The position numbers were made by a program, and so were the translations under genes. Below are positions 19,503-29,666 of a stretch of DNA of 64,000 nucleotides, piece by piece (positions within the stretch are counted from its first letter, which is position 1; each line of letters begins with the position of its first letter). The stretch lies in assembly GCA_046529635.1 (NCBI GenBank), contig CP134495.1, positions 1,694,556-1,758,555 on the forward strand, in the 5' to 3' direction. The notes beneath the pieces were generated by a model. The model made no database searches and had not been told where the DNA came from. It saw nothing but the letters and a program-made list of their open reading frames with translations. Source of the DNA: Mycoplasmatota bacterium WC30 (GTDB taxonomy: Bacteria; Bacillota_I; Bacilli_A; Izemoplasmatales; Hujiaoplasmataceae).

Positions 19503-20762
19503 ATGAAAACAATGAGTAAAAGAAGTAAAATTGAAGCAATAATCGGATTTGCTTTAATAGCATTAGTACTTATATTAGGGTTCGCTGGAGCATTTTCAGC
19601 AACTGTATTCGTTAAATGTTTAATCGGGCTTGGATTTGGTTACGCGTTAACAAGAGGAGATTTCGGATTTGCAGGTTTATCAAACAGAGCTTGTAGAACT
19701 GGTTCGACAAAATTAATTAGATCATTAATGATAATGTTCGTAGTATCAGCTATGATCGTTGGAGCATTCATCGTTGGTGGAAGCAATCCTAGTTTATGGG
19801 TTAACCCAATTTCTTGGGGATTATTATTTGGTGGTATCTTATTCGGTATTGGTATGGCATTCTCAAGCTGCTGTGCAACTGGAGTATTACAAGATGTACC
19901 ACTTGGATTTAGCCGTGCATTAATCACTTTAGTATTCTTTGGAATCGGTGTATTCTTAGGATTCCCATTAATGTCTTCTAAATTTGTTAGAAGTGGTGTA
20001 ATCGGTTCAGATTCAGGTGTCTATATGGTTGATTGGTTCAGTGCAAACGGAACTAATTTGGCTGTTGGTGTTGTAGGAGCTTTATTAGTAACTATCTTAC
20101 TAGCTGTTTTAGTTGGTGCATTAGCAAAATGGTACGAAAAGAAAGTTGCTAAAAACTTCCCTAAACAAGAAGCAGTTGTAGCTGAAGAAAAAGAAGTTTC
20201 AGTATGGAACAGATTCTTTGTAAAAAAATGGTCAATGACTCAAACTGCAATAATAATAGCTATATTATTCGGAATGTTATATGCAGTAACAAATACAGGT
20301 TGGGGAGCTTCAACAGTTTATGGAAACTGGTTCGGAACTATTCTTCATAGATGGTTCGGTGTTTCTTTAGATTCATTAGCTAACTTCACAGGATGGACTA
20401 TTGAAAAAGCAACTTCTTCTTTCAATACATCATTATTTAAATCAGCTGGATACATGCAAAACGTTGGTATCATCGTTGGTGCATTTGTAGGATTATTATT
20501 ATCAGGTAAATTTACAACAGCATTTAAAGCTGGATTAAAAATCAAACCTTTAGAAATCTTATTATTCGTTGCAGGTGGTTTATTACTAGGTTTCGGTACT
20601 AGATTATCACTTGGTTGTAACGTTGGAGCATTATATACTCCAATCGCTAACTTCTCATTAGCAGGATGGTTCTATTTCTTCTTCCTATTTGCTGGAGGAT
20701 ATATTGGTAATATGATTAGAAAAGCATTCTACAAAAAAGTTGATTGTACTAAAATTCAATAA
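19503..20762 (+). CDS. YeeE/YedE-family (TsuA-like) sulfur-compound transporter
   Basis: Polytopic membrane protein with two repeats, each carrying a conserved Cys in a Gly-rich loop (NRACRTGSTK and LSLGCNVGALYTP). RBS GGAGGAAAG. Confidence 0.6.
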   Translation: MKTMSKRSKIEAIIGFALIALVLILGFAGAFSATVFVKCLIGLGFGYALTRGDFGFAGLSNRACRTGSTKLIRSLMIMFVVSAMIVGAFIVGGSNPSLWVNPISWGLLFGGILFGIGMAFSSCCATGVLQDVPLGFSRALITLVFFGIGVFLGFPLMSSKFVRSGVIGSDSGVYMVDWFSANGTNLAVGVVGALLVTILLAVLVGALAKWYEKKVAKNFPKQEAVVAEEKEVSVWNRFFVKKWSMTQTAIIIAILFGMLYAVTNTGWGASTVYGNWFGTILHRWFGVSLDSLANFTGWTIEKATSSFNTSLFKSAGYMQNVGIIVGAFVGLLLSGKFTTAFKAGLKIKPLEILLFVAGGLLLGFGTRLSLGCNVGALYTPIANFSLAGWFYFFFLFAGGYIGNMIRKAFYKKVDCTKIQ

Positions 20763-20786
20763 CATTTTGTAAATATAAACAATTAA

Positions 20787-20825
20787 GTAAACCTTCAAAT
20801 TTAGTGTTTGAAGGTTTACTTTCTT
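20787..20825 (+). terminator. Rho-independent terminator after the YeeE gene
   Basis: 13-bp perfect stem gtaaaccttcaaa / tttgaaggtttac with a 7-nt loop, then TTTCTT. Confidence 0.7.
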
Positions 20826-20907
20826 AATTAAAAAGTAATGGTATTTTGCACCATCATAAGTTATAATACTTATCGAGTAATTATTTAGTGATTTAGGAGG
20901 GGATTTA

Positions 20908-21669
20908 ATGAAGTTTAAGAAATTAATAGTTTGGTCAGTAATAGTTTTGCTATGGTTTATTTTAACGATTCCAGCCTTAAACCTTGTTAATCCTATACTA
21001 GTTCCATCGCCATATAAAGTAGTCTTAGCTTTTGGTGATATTATTAAAAACGGATATAATCACATTCCATTCTATGATCATTTAGCCGCAAGTTTCGGTA
21101 GATTATTTTTATCGATTTTTCTTGCTGTTATAATAGCTGTTCCACTTGGCTTAGTTAGTGGATATGTAAAAAAAATTGAAACTGTAGTTTCTACAGTCGT
21201 AGAATTTATTAGGCCATTACCACCACTTGCATATTACATGTTATTAGTACTATGGCTTGGAATTGGTAATACATCGAAAATAGTATTATTATTTATAGCT
21301 GCTTTCGCTCCCGTTTACATTAGTTGCGTTCAAGCGGTGAAATTAGTAAGGGAAGACTATATTTTATCGGTAAAAACTTTAGGAGCTAAAAAGTTTCAAG
21401 TATTCACTCAAGTAGTATTTCCAGCTTCACTTCCCAACATTTTTACTGGAATTAGAACAGCTACAGGAGTAGCATATACAACCTTAGTAAGTGCTGAGAT
21501 GATAGCTGCGGTATCTGGAATAGGTTGGATGATACTTGATGCATCAAATTATTTAAAATCAGATGTCATTTTTGTTGGAATTATCATTATTGGAGTATCT
21601 GCTATACTATTGGATAAGTTACTTCAATTTATTGAAAATAAAGTAGTTTTTTGGAAAGGAAAAGCATAA
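20908..21669 (+). CDS. ABC transporter permease (NitT/TauT family)
   Basis: 253 aa, 6 TM, with EAA-like motif in the NitT/TauT-type permease region. Confidence 0.7.
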   Translation: MKFKKLIVWSVIVLLWFILTIPALNLVNPILVPSPYKVVLAFGDIIKNGYNHIPFYDHLAASFGRLFLSIFLAVIIAVPLGLVSGYVKKIETVVSTVVEFIRPLPPLAYYMLLVLWLGIGNTSKIVLLFIAAFAPVYISCVQAVKLVREDYILSVKTLGAKKFQVFTQVVFPASLPNIFTGIRTATGVAYTTLVSAEMIAAVSGIGWMILDASNYLKSDVIFVGIIIIGVSAILLDKLLQFIENKVVFWKGKA

Positions 21670-22661
21670 TGAAAAAAATACAAATTATATTGTTATTACT
21701 AATTACAGTCATGTTAGTTAGTTGTGGGGGAAATAAAAAAGAAGTGAACTTAGGTCTATTAAGAGTGCCTAATGATGCGATGTTAGCTAAACAAATGGGA
21801 TTATTTGAAGAAAAATTTAATGCATTAGGATATGAAGTAAATTATTTTTATTTTGATTCTGGTGTTGACGCTAACAAAGGAATAGCTTCAGGAGATATTG
21901 ATTTCGCAACCATGGGAAATATCAATGGACTTGTTGCTCTAGGTAGTAACTTAGACGCAGAACTAGTTTGGATTCACGAAACTTTAGGTGCAGTAGAAGC
22001 TCTAGCTGTTAAAGATAGTGCAAATATCACAACTGTCGAAGACTTAGCTGGAAAAACAATAGCCACAACATTTGCTTCAACAGCACATTATGTTTTGCTT
22101 AACGTACTTAAAGAAGCTGGAATTGAAGATGACGTTCAGTTATTAAATATGAAGACTCCAGAATTAGTAGCTGCTTGGAATCGTGGCGATATCGATGCAG
22201 CCTATACTTGGCAACCATCTTTAGGACAATTACTATTAGATGGGACAGTTCTTGTTTCAAGTGAAGATATGATTGAAAAAGGCTATATGACAGCGAACAT
22301 TGAGTTGGCTCGAAAATCTTTTGCTGAAGAAAATCCAGTGTTAGTTCAAACATATGTTGAATGTATGGTAGAGGCTTATGACTACTTTAATTCTAGTAGA
22401 ACTGACGCAATAAATCTGTTATCAATTGAACTAGAATTAACTGTTGAAGAAATTACTGTTCAAGTAGATGGTTCAATTTGGACAAGTTTAACTGAAATGC
22501 AAGATGCAACTTACAACACAGGTTATATTGACACAATGTACTCACAAACCTTCTTTTTAATAGATCAAGATTTCTTAAGTCGTGATATTACTAGAGATGA
22601 AGTAGTTGCGTTTATAAATAATTCATATTCACTGGACGTGGAAAATGAAGAAACTAATTAG
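21669..22661 (+). CDS. ABC transporter substrate-binding lipoprotein (NMT1/SsuA/TauA-like)
   Basis: The ATG overlaps the permease stop (TAATG). Lipobox LVSCGG. Confidence 0.6.
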   Translation: MKKIQIILLLLITVMLVSCGGNKKEVNLGLLRVPNDAMLAKQMGLFEEKFNALGYEVNYFYFDSGVDANKGIASGDIDFATMGNINGLVALGSNLDAELVWIHETLGAVEALAVKDSANITTVEDLAGKTIATTFASTAHYVLLNVLKEAGIEDDVQLLNMKTPELVAAWNRGDIDAAYTWQPSLGQLLLDGTVLVSSEDMIEKGYMTANIELARKSFAEENPVLVQTYVECMVEAYDYFNSSRTDAINLLSIELELTVEEITVQVDGSIWTSLTEMQDATYNTGYIDTMYSQTFFLIDQDFLSRDITRDEVVAFINNSYSLDVENEETN

Positions 22662-23412
22662 AATAGATCATATTAATATTGATTATGATAAAGATGAAGA
22701 AACATTGGCCGCAATCAACGATGTTTCACTAGATATATATGAAAATGAATTTGTTTGTATTCTAGGACCTTCAGGTTGTGGAAAGAGTACTTTATTAAAA
22801 GCTATAGCTGGATTTATTTCTCCAACCCGCGGAAGCATATCGATGAATGGGGAAGAAATATTAGCACCCGACAAAACTCGTGGAGTTGTATTCCAAGAAC
22901 CTAATTTATTTCCTTGGTATACAGTAAAACAAAATGTTTCCATAGGACCTAAACTTGCTAATTTATCATCAGAAGAAATTGATAGTACCTGTGATAAATA
23001 TCTGTCACAAGTTGAACTACTAGATTATAAAGACGCAAAAGTCTTTGAATTATCTGGCGGACAAATGCAAAGAGTTGCTATTGCTAGAACTCTAGCTAAT
23101 CATCCCGAAGTAATTCTTATGGATGAACCTTTCGGAGCGCTTGATAGCTTCACAAGAAAAAAAATGCAAACTATGATTCGAAATCTTTGGAAGAAGAATA
23201 AAACTACTGTCTTCTTTGTAACACACGATATTGAAGAAGCGTTACTATTAGGCACTAAAATCTATGTGATGCGAAGTGGAGAAAAGAATATTATAAAAAG
23301 TTATAATATTGATTATTCAAATAGGTTATATAAAAATCATAAAGAATTAGTAAGTAAAGAAGAAGACTTTATTAAATTGAAAGCAGAAATATTAAGCTTA
23401 TTAGAAGACTAA
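22645..23412 (+). CDS. ABC transporter ATP-binding protein
   Basis: Walker A GPSGCGKST, signature LSGGQMQRV, Walker B ILMDEP. Overlaps the upstream gene. Confidence 0.85.
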   Translation: MKKLIRIDHINIDYDKDEETLAAINDVSLDIYENEFVCILGPSGCGKSTLLKAIAGFISPTRGSISMNGEEILAPDKTRGVVFQEPNLFPWYTVKQNVSIGPKLANLSSEEIDSTCDKYLSQVELLDYKDAKVFELSGGQMQRVAIARTLANHPEVILMDEPFGALDSFTRKKMQTMIRNLWKKNKTTVFFVTHDIEEALLLGTKIYVMRSGEKNIIKSYNIDYSNRLYKNHKELVSKEEDFIKLKAEILSLLED

Positions 23413-23424
23413 ATATAGAGAAAA

Positions 23425-23447
23425 AAGAGACTTCAAGTCTCTTTTTT
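23425..23447. terminator. Bidirectional rho-independent terminator between convergent genes
   Basis: Stem aagagact / agtctctt with loop tca, flanked by an A-run and a T-run. Confidence 0.65.
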
Positions 23448-23463
23448 GTTTGTAAATTTACAT

Positions 23464-25467
23464 TTAAAACTTATTTATTTCCTCATTGAGCCATAAACTC
23501 CTTGTATAAAGGTAATCGTATAATAATTTAACTTGCTCTTCATATGTAACAGCAGCTAAAACTTCAGGACTTGTATACCAATCCTCCCACTTACCAATTA
23601 CATCCCATAGCTGAAAGTTCAAATACCTTGATCTAGCAATTGAATTTGCTACTGGATAAACACTATTTAATAAATCTTGAATTTGGTTGTTATAGATTTC
23701 ATTCCATCTAGTTTTAAGATTTTCTCTAAAACCTTCATATTCCATAAGGTAGTTATACCATAGGTTTTTATAGGGTAAAGAAGTATACCAACCCTCAGGA
23801 CCTCGAAGATCATCAGATAAGTGACCTGGATTACTTGTTGATAAATCAAAATCCCAGATTGGCCCCATTTTGAGTTTTCCACCTTTATCTTTATACATGT
23901 AAACACTTGAGTAACCAGAATCAACATTTTTAAATAATTCTTGGATTATAAACCAATCAATGAACGTTGCTTCATCAATTAATTCTGAATAATCTTGTTT
24001 ATCACGTAATGCAATATGAACCTGGGAAATATAGTCTTTAATATAATTCAATTGGCCTAGAGAATAGTAATAGGCGTCAGTTTTAGGTGATTTAATTTGA
24101 TATGGAATTCCATCAACAATGAAGAAATCTATTCCTTCTACACCTTCATGAACAGGTTCAAACAATCGCTTGTCCATTTCAAGTAGATATCCAGTATCTA
24201 AATCACTTGAATGCTCTTCTATATCCACGCGATCATTTGTAACCTCAATTTGATCGGATAACATATAATTACCTATGTATTCACCATTAAAATATACGTC
24301 AGCGAAAGCAGCTGCTGGGGTGAATGCCATATTCATACTTTCAGATAGACTGTGTGCTAAATAGTTCCTAATTAAGGTTTGGTCTGAATAATTAGCTAAT
24401 AAAACCCAGTCTGATTCTGAGTTATCAAACATTAGTGGTGTTTTAGAACCAAATTTGATTCTAAATGATTGTTTTGGCATATAGAAAGTGGAGTTTCCTC
24501 TTCCTCTGATTTTAATATTTTGATTAGTTAGTATTGGTACTTGATTTAAATCATCATCATAGGAGACAAGTGAGAATGAAGCATTTATATAGACTTCTTT
24601 TGATGTGATAGGTTGATTGTCTTCTGTAACAATATAGATTTCAGATATTCTTGATAAGTTGTTTAAACCTTTCATTTTAATGGTGTAATCTTCAAACCTA
24701 ATTATTCCTTGGTACTCAATTTTGGCAGTTAAAGTAAAATTAGTATCATGGATTGGGAATGGAAAAATAAAATATTTATTGAATATTCTTGATGTGCTGG
24801 TAGAAAAGGTGACTCTTCTTCCGAAATCACTAATCACAGGTAATTTTAAGTCTGATTCAATTACATCTGGGATGGCTTCGTCCAATATTTCAATTATTCC
24901 ATTGAATTCTTGTTCAATTAGATATTGACTATAGAGCAAATCATCTTTGGCACAAAATATTGTGAATTCCATAACCATGCTTAATCCTTGGTAGGTTAAA
25001 GTTACTTTGAGAATGCTATTTGTGCCTAATGAACTAGGTACATATTCAAAGGTATTTGTTTCAAAAAGAACATCATCCTGAAAAAAGAGAAATGTGATAT
25101 TCTCGTTGGTTAGGGTAGGTAAAGTGAAATCTTCACTTATTTCAGTTGGTAGTAATGACTCGAAAGCTGTAAACTCACTAATCATTACAATGTGTCTTTC
25201 ATCAGTTGTTGTCACTATCTCTGTGGTGGATTCAGTAGTAGATTCTGTTGTTGTAACTTCAATTGAAGTATCAACTATGGTATCCACAGTAGTACCAACT
25301 GATGTATTAGTAGTAGTATCAACCAAAGAATTATTTGTAGTGTCAACTGAAGTATTAGTCGTAGTGTCAGTTGAAATCGAGGTAATTAAGGTTGTAATTG
25401 GTTCAAAACTGCAACTAATAAATGTTATGGTAATGATAAGTGATAATAATGCAATTATTTTCTTCAT
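23464..25467 (-). CDS. CotH-like (atypical kinase fold) lipoprotein with Thr-rich linker
   Basis: Lipobox ISCS. A Thr/Asp-rich low-complexity region. The C-terminal half has CotH-like motifs (RGRGNST...KQSFRIKF). Confidence 0.5.
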   Translation of the reverse strand: MKKIIALLSLIITITFISCSFEPITTLITSISTDTTTNTSVDTTNNSLVDTTTNTSVGTTVDTIVDTSIEVTTTESTTESTTEIVTTTDERHIVMISEFTAFESLLPTEISEDFTLPTLTNENITFLFFQDDVLFETNTFEYVPSSLGTNSILKVTLTYQGLSMVMEFTIFCAKDDLLYSQYLIEQEFNGIIEILDEAIPDVIESDLKLPVISDFGRRVTFSTSTSRIFNKYFIFPFPIHDTNFTLTAKIEYQGIIRFEDYTIKMKGLNNLSRISEIYIVTEDNQPITSKEVYINASFSLVSYDDDLNQVPILTNQNIKIRGRGNSTFYMPKQSFRIKFGSKTPLMFDNSESDWVLLANYSDQTLIRNYLAHSLSESMNMAFTPAAAFADVYFNGEYIGNYMLSDQIEVTNDRVDIEEHSSDLDTGYLLEMDKRLFEPVHEGVEGIDFFIVDGIPYQIKSPKTDAYYYSLGQLNYIKDYISQVHIALRDKQDYSELIDEATFIDWFIIQELFKNVDSGYSSVYMYKDKGGKLKMGPIWDFDLSTSNPGHLSDDLRGPEGWYTSLPYKNLWYNYLMEYEGFRENLKTRWNEIYNNQIQDLLNSVYPVANSIARSRYLNFQLWDVIGKWEDWYTSPEVLAAVTYEEQVKLLYDYLYTRSLWLNEEINKF

Positions 25468-25482
25468 GAAGTCTCCTTATGG

Positions 25483-27069
25483 TTAGTAGTATGATATATG
25501 ACCATCACATCTAGTTTCTGTTCCAGCTAAGTAGTGGTCGCCTTTCTTCAAAATTATTTGCCCTCGACCAAACTTGTCACTCCTAGGTTCAAACTTAATG
25601 GCATGGCCTTTTTCTTTTAAAGCATTTAATATATCTTCGTTAAAAGAATTTTCTAAACTAACATCTAAATTTTGATCCCATCGGAATCTTGGTGCATCCA
25701 AAGCGCTTTGAGGATTCATTTTAAAATCAATCAGGTTCATAACAACTTGCAAATGACCCTGTGGCTGCATAAATCCGCCCATGACTCCAAATGGTCCTAT
25801 TGGTTTATTATCCCTCATAATAAAACCTGGGATAATAGTGTGGTAGGTTCTTTTACGAGGTTCGAGTTTATTGTGATGAGTTGGATCTAACTTAAATGTA
25901 TGACCGCGATTTTGCATAGATATACCGGTATCATCGATTACAATTCCACTACCAAAACCCATGTAGTTACTTTGAATCAGAGAAACCATATTTCCTTCTT
26001 TATCAGCAGTTGCTAGATAAACAGTACCGCTTTTTGCATAATCAATTGGTTCATGGAGCAAAGCCCTATCTGTTAAGTTAGGTTTGCGTAATTTAATGTA
26101 TTCGTTACCTAGCAAGAAATTTTTATTCATTTTCATAAATTTTGGATCAGTAACATATTTCAATGTATCGCTAAATGCTATTTTAATGGCTTCAATTTGT
26201 TTGTGGGTTGTTTCAGCCGTACCAAAGGTAAAAGTCTTGTCCTTCAACAAATTTAAGGCCATAAGCGCAGTTATGCCTTGTCCATTGGGTGGTATTTCAT
26301 ATATATCATAGCCTTTATAGTTTACACTTATTGGTTCTACGAACTCACAATTATACTCTGCTAAATCACTATGATCAATATAGCCATTATATTTTTCCAT
26401 AAACTTGACGATACTATCAGCTAGTTCACCTTTATAAAAGCTATCACCATTTGTTTTTCCAATAGCTTCTAAAGTATTAGCTAAATCATCACTTTTGAAT
26501 ATATCTCCTGGTTGATATCTTTTTCCGTTTTTTGTAAAAACTTCAAAAAAGTGTTTGAACTCATCTGTAGTATTATGTTCTTGATAATAGGCAATAGCTT
26601 TATCAAAGTAATGACCAACAGAATTTCCCAAGGCGAAACCATTCCTAGCTAAAGAGATTGCTGGTTTTAATACTTCATATAAACTAAGGTTTCCAAATTT
26701 TTCAATTAACCTTGCCCATCCCTTGGGTGTTCCTGGGACTGTAATTGGAATAACTCCAGCTTTAGGTATTTCTTTATAACCACGAGCTATTAATTTATCT
26801 ATTGATATATTTTTAGAACTATAGCCTGAACTATTCATTCCGTACAATTTATTTTTAAAGTATACAATCGCAAAATTATCACTACCAATGCCGTTACTGC
26901 AAGGTTCAACAACTGTTAAAGCAGCCGCTGTAGCTACAGCGGCATCTATAGCGTTTCCACCTTGCTTAAGGATTTCTAACCCTGCTTGAGCAGCTAATCC
27001 TTCACTTGTAGCGACTACACCATTTTTAGCGTGGACACAATTTTGTTTGCTATAAAAAGGATTACTCAT
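25483..27069 (-). CDS. ggt: gamma-glutamyltransferase family protein (no signal peptide)
   Basis: N-terminal GVVATSEGLAAQAG...GGNAIDAAVA is typical of GGT. Start taken at the second Met (MSNPF...) after RBS AGAAAGAGG. The six-frame ORF is 9 codons longer. Confidence 0.7.
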   Translation of the reverse strand: MSNPFYSKQNCVHAKNGVVATSEGLAAQAGLEILKQGGNAIDAAVATAAALTVVEPCSNGIGSDNFAIVYFKNKLYGMNSSGYSSKNISIDKLIARGYKEIPKAGVIPITVPGTPKGWARLIEKFGNLSLYEVLKPAISLARNGFALGNSVGHYFDKAIAYYQEHNTTDEFKHFFEVFTKNGKRYQPGDIFKSDDLANTLEAIGKTNGDSFYKGELADSIVKFMEKYNGYIDHSDLAEYNCEFVEPISVNYKGYDIYEIPPNGQGITALMALNLLKDKTFTFGTAETTHKQIEAIKIAFSDTLKYVTDPKFMKMNKNFLLGNEYIKLRKPNLTDRALLHEPIDYAKSGTVYLATADKEGNMVSLIQSNYMGFGSGIVIDDTGISMQNRGHTFKLDPTHHNKLEPRKRTYHTIIPGFIMRDNKPIGPFGVMGGFMQPQGHLQVVMNLIDFKMNPQSALDAPRFRWDQNLDVSLENSFNEDILNALKEKGHAIKFEPRSDKFGRGQIILKKGDHYLAGTETRCDGHISYY

Positions 27070-27250
27070 GTAAATACCTCTTTCTTTAATAGTCATATAA
27101 ATATTATATTACAGTTTATTAGAATAATGTATTTAAATACAATTATATTGCGATTTTTTAAATTATTCTATAAAATGATATAATTGAATTAATAATAACA
27201 TACATAAATATCATTACAAAGATCTTTTAAATATATGAGGGAGGGATTAT

Positions 27251-28642
27251 ATGAAGAAGCTGATAATAGGATTGTTTTTATTGATTTTTTTACTTGGATG
27301 CAGTAACGACCCTATATATAGCACAGAGAACAATATCTACATATTGGATATATATTTGGACGCTGAAAGCGATTCTTTAAAAGTGGAAGGTGAACTAGAT
27401 TTTCGAAATGACAATTACGATTTAGATGAATTATATATCACTTTATACCCGAACGCAGACAATCCTAGTACTAGGGACTATAATGTGGATTTTCAGTATT
27501 TAAGAATTGAAGAAATTGATTCAGATTATGAAATCAGAGGCGCTGATAATACACAGATATACATTGAATTAGATGAGACCCTAAAAAAGGGTGAAAGAAT
27601 TAGCATACAATTTGAGTATGAGTTCAACTATTGGGATCACGGTAGATTAGCTGAATATGGAGATTATTATATAACAATGTTTTTTTATCCATTTGTTGCT
27701 ATGTATGATGATGAAGGTTGGAATATAGATCCATTCACATTTAGAGGAGAATCCTATTATAACGAAATTGGAGACTATTATGTTACACTCAATACTCCAA
27801 ACTCCTATGAAGTAGCTACTGGAGCTGAGTTAATCTCTAAAGGGGATGAAGGTAGTCGCCAGATAGCTGAATATGAGATAAAAAACGCAAGGGATTTCTC
27901 TTTTAGTGCTTCACCTAATTATCATATTTATGAACATGAAGTCAGCGGAAGAACATATCAAATATATTCTTTGAATGAACTTACTAGTACGGAATTAATA
28001 GAATCAAAAGAGGCTTTAGCTAACACTTTTGATTTTTTCGAATCACAAATTGGAGATTATCCATATAATCATTTCACATTAGAGTATGGTAATTACTATG
28101 GCATGGAGAGTACTGGAGTAATATATTGTAGTTCTGAGATTAACATAGGCACAGTAGTTCATGAGGTAATTCATCAATGGTTTTATTCGATGGTTGGAAA
28201 TGATCAATCAGATGAATCATTTTTAGATGAGGCAGTTACTACCTATATGGAATCTTTATATTATTATAGTTTATACGGTATGGAAGGTTATAACGGACAA
28301 TTAGATTATCGTAGTAGCTTACAAGAGAGATTTGATGAAAGATACTTAAATTCTCTTGGAGATTCTTTATTACAGAAAGTTGATGAGTTTGGGGAACTAT
28401 ATGCGTACAAGATTTATTATCATGGGCCGTCGATGTTTAGATATTATGTTGAAGAATTTTTAGAGGGTGACAATGAAAAGTTTTATGATATAATAAGCAA
28501 ATATTTCGAAGAATACAAATTTAAAATAGCTACATTAGATAATCTGTTAGATCTCATAGAATCTGAAAGTGGAATTGATAATACAAAAGAATGGTTTATG
28601 ATGCAGATAACAGAGTTTCAAGACTTTGATAATCGACCATAA
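27251..28642 (+). CDS. M1-family (gluzincin) zinc metallopeptidase-like lipoprotein
   Basis: Lipobox LLGCSN. GMEST (GAMEN-like) motif followed by HEVIH-x18-E. Confidence 0.65.
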   Translation: MKKLIIGLFLLIFLLGCSNDPIYSTENNIYILDIYLDAESDSLKVEGELDFRNDNYDLDELYITLYPNADNPSTRDYNVDFQYLRIEEIDSDYEIRGADNTQIYIELDETLKKGERISIQFEYEFNYWDHGRLAEYGDYYITMFFYPFVAMYDDEGWNIDPFTFRGESYYNEIGDYYVTLNTPNSYEVATGAELISKGDEGSRQIAEYEIKNARDFSFSASPNYHIYEHEVSGRTYQIYSLNELTSTELIESKEALANTFDFFESQIGDYPYNHFTLEYGNYYGMESTGVIYCSSEINIGTVVHEVIHQWFYSMVGNDQSDESFLDEAVTTYMESLYYYSLYGMEGYNGQLDYRSSLQERFDERYLNSLGDSLLQKVDEFGELYAYKIYYHGPSMFRYYVEEFLEGDNEKFYDIISKYFEEYKFKIATLDNLLDLIESESGIDNTKEWFMMQITEFQDFDNRP

Positions 28643-28662
28643 AAAATTTGACTGGAGATATT

Positions 28663-29325
28663 ATGCTAGAAAAAGATATGTTTAAGCCAATTAAAGAATA
28701 TCTCAATGGATTAGGTTATGATGTTAAAGCTGAAGTGCTGAATGTTGATATTATGGCTAAAAAGGATGACATTGTTCTGATTGTAGAAATGAAGAAGAGT
28801 TTATCCATGAAATTGTTGTATCAAGGATGTAATCGCCAAAGACTATACGATAATGTATATTTGGCGATTTTTAACCCTGGATACAAAATTATTAGAAGTA
28901 AAAATTTCAGAGAAAAACTCCATTTACTCCATAGACTTCGTTTAGGACTAATAGTTGTTGATGTTGAGAAGAATAAAGTAGAAGTGTTACTTGACCCTAA
29001 GGAATATGCTTTCAGACAAAACAGTAAGAAAAAAAAGCTATTAATGAAAGAATTTGATGAAAGAAAAACATCTGTGAATATTGGTGGTAGTACAGGTGTT
29101 AAAATCATTACTGTGTATAGAGAACAAGCCATAGAAATAGCAATGACTTTAAAATCTGGTCCATTATCTACTAAAGAAATAATCGAACTAACAAACAATA
29201 AAAAAGCAACACATATACTGTACAAGAATTTCTATCATTGGTTTGAGAAAATTGATAGAGGCATTTACAAATTAACGGAGCTGGGTTTTGAAGAATTAAA
29301 AGTGTTTGAACTACTTATAAAATAG
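28663..29325 (+). CDS. hypothetical protein with PD-(D/E)xK nuclease-like core and C-terminal wHTH-like region
   Basis: Contains VDIMAKK...IVLIVEMKK (D...ExK). Start uncertain: candidates are ATG 28663 and TTG 28648. Confidence 0.35.
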   Translation: MLEKDMFKPIKEYLNGLGYDVKAEVLNVDIMAKKDDIVLIVEMKKSLSMKLLYQGCNRQRLYDNVYLAIFNPGYKIIRSKNFREKLHLLHRLRLGLIVVDVEKNKVEVLLDPKEYAFRQNSKKKKLLMKEFDERKTSVNIGGSTGVKIITVYREQAIEIAMTLKSGPLSTKEIIELTNNKKATHILYKNFYHWFEKIDRGIYKLTELGFEELKVFELLIK

Positions 29326-29384
29326 TATTATAAATCCAACCAGAAAGTGATATAATATTTCTTGATATATTAGGAGGTTTTAAT

Positions 29385-29666
29385 ATGAGCATATTTGAAA
29401 TAGGGATGTTGTTATGTTTTGGTTTTGCCTGGCCAATGTCTATCTATAAAAGCGTAAAAAGCAAAAGTATAGAAGGTAAAAGTTTAGTGTTTATGTATGT
29501 TGTAGTACTTGGCTATACTTTTGGAATTATTCATAAATTTATGTACAATCAAGATTTTGTTATTGCATTATATATGTTAAATGCTGTAATGGTTTCTGTA
29601 GATATTGGGTTGTACTATAGAAACAAGAAATTATCTCTAAGTGTTAAGGAAAATTCAGATGGTTGA
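29385..29666 (+). CDS. SemiSWEET / PQ-loop (lipid A biosynthesis N-terminal domain-like) small membrane protein
   Basis: 93 aa with 3 TM. Its pattern WPMSIYKSVKSKSIEGKS ... YYRNKK resembles the SemiSWEET LPQ..R....TK..DIS ... YYK pattern. Confidence 0.45.
   Translation: MSIFEIGMLLCFGFAWPMSIYKSVKSKSIEGKSLVFMYVVVLGYTFGIIHKFMYNQDFVIALYMLNAVMVSVDIGLYYRNKKLSLSVKENSDG

Noticed and set aside
25094-25486. 130-aa plus-strand ORF antisense to the Thr-rich region of the CotH-like gene
   Set aside because: An artefact of the repetitive Thr/Val codon region on the opposite strand.
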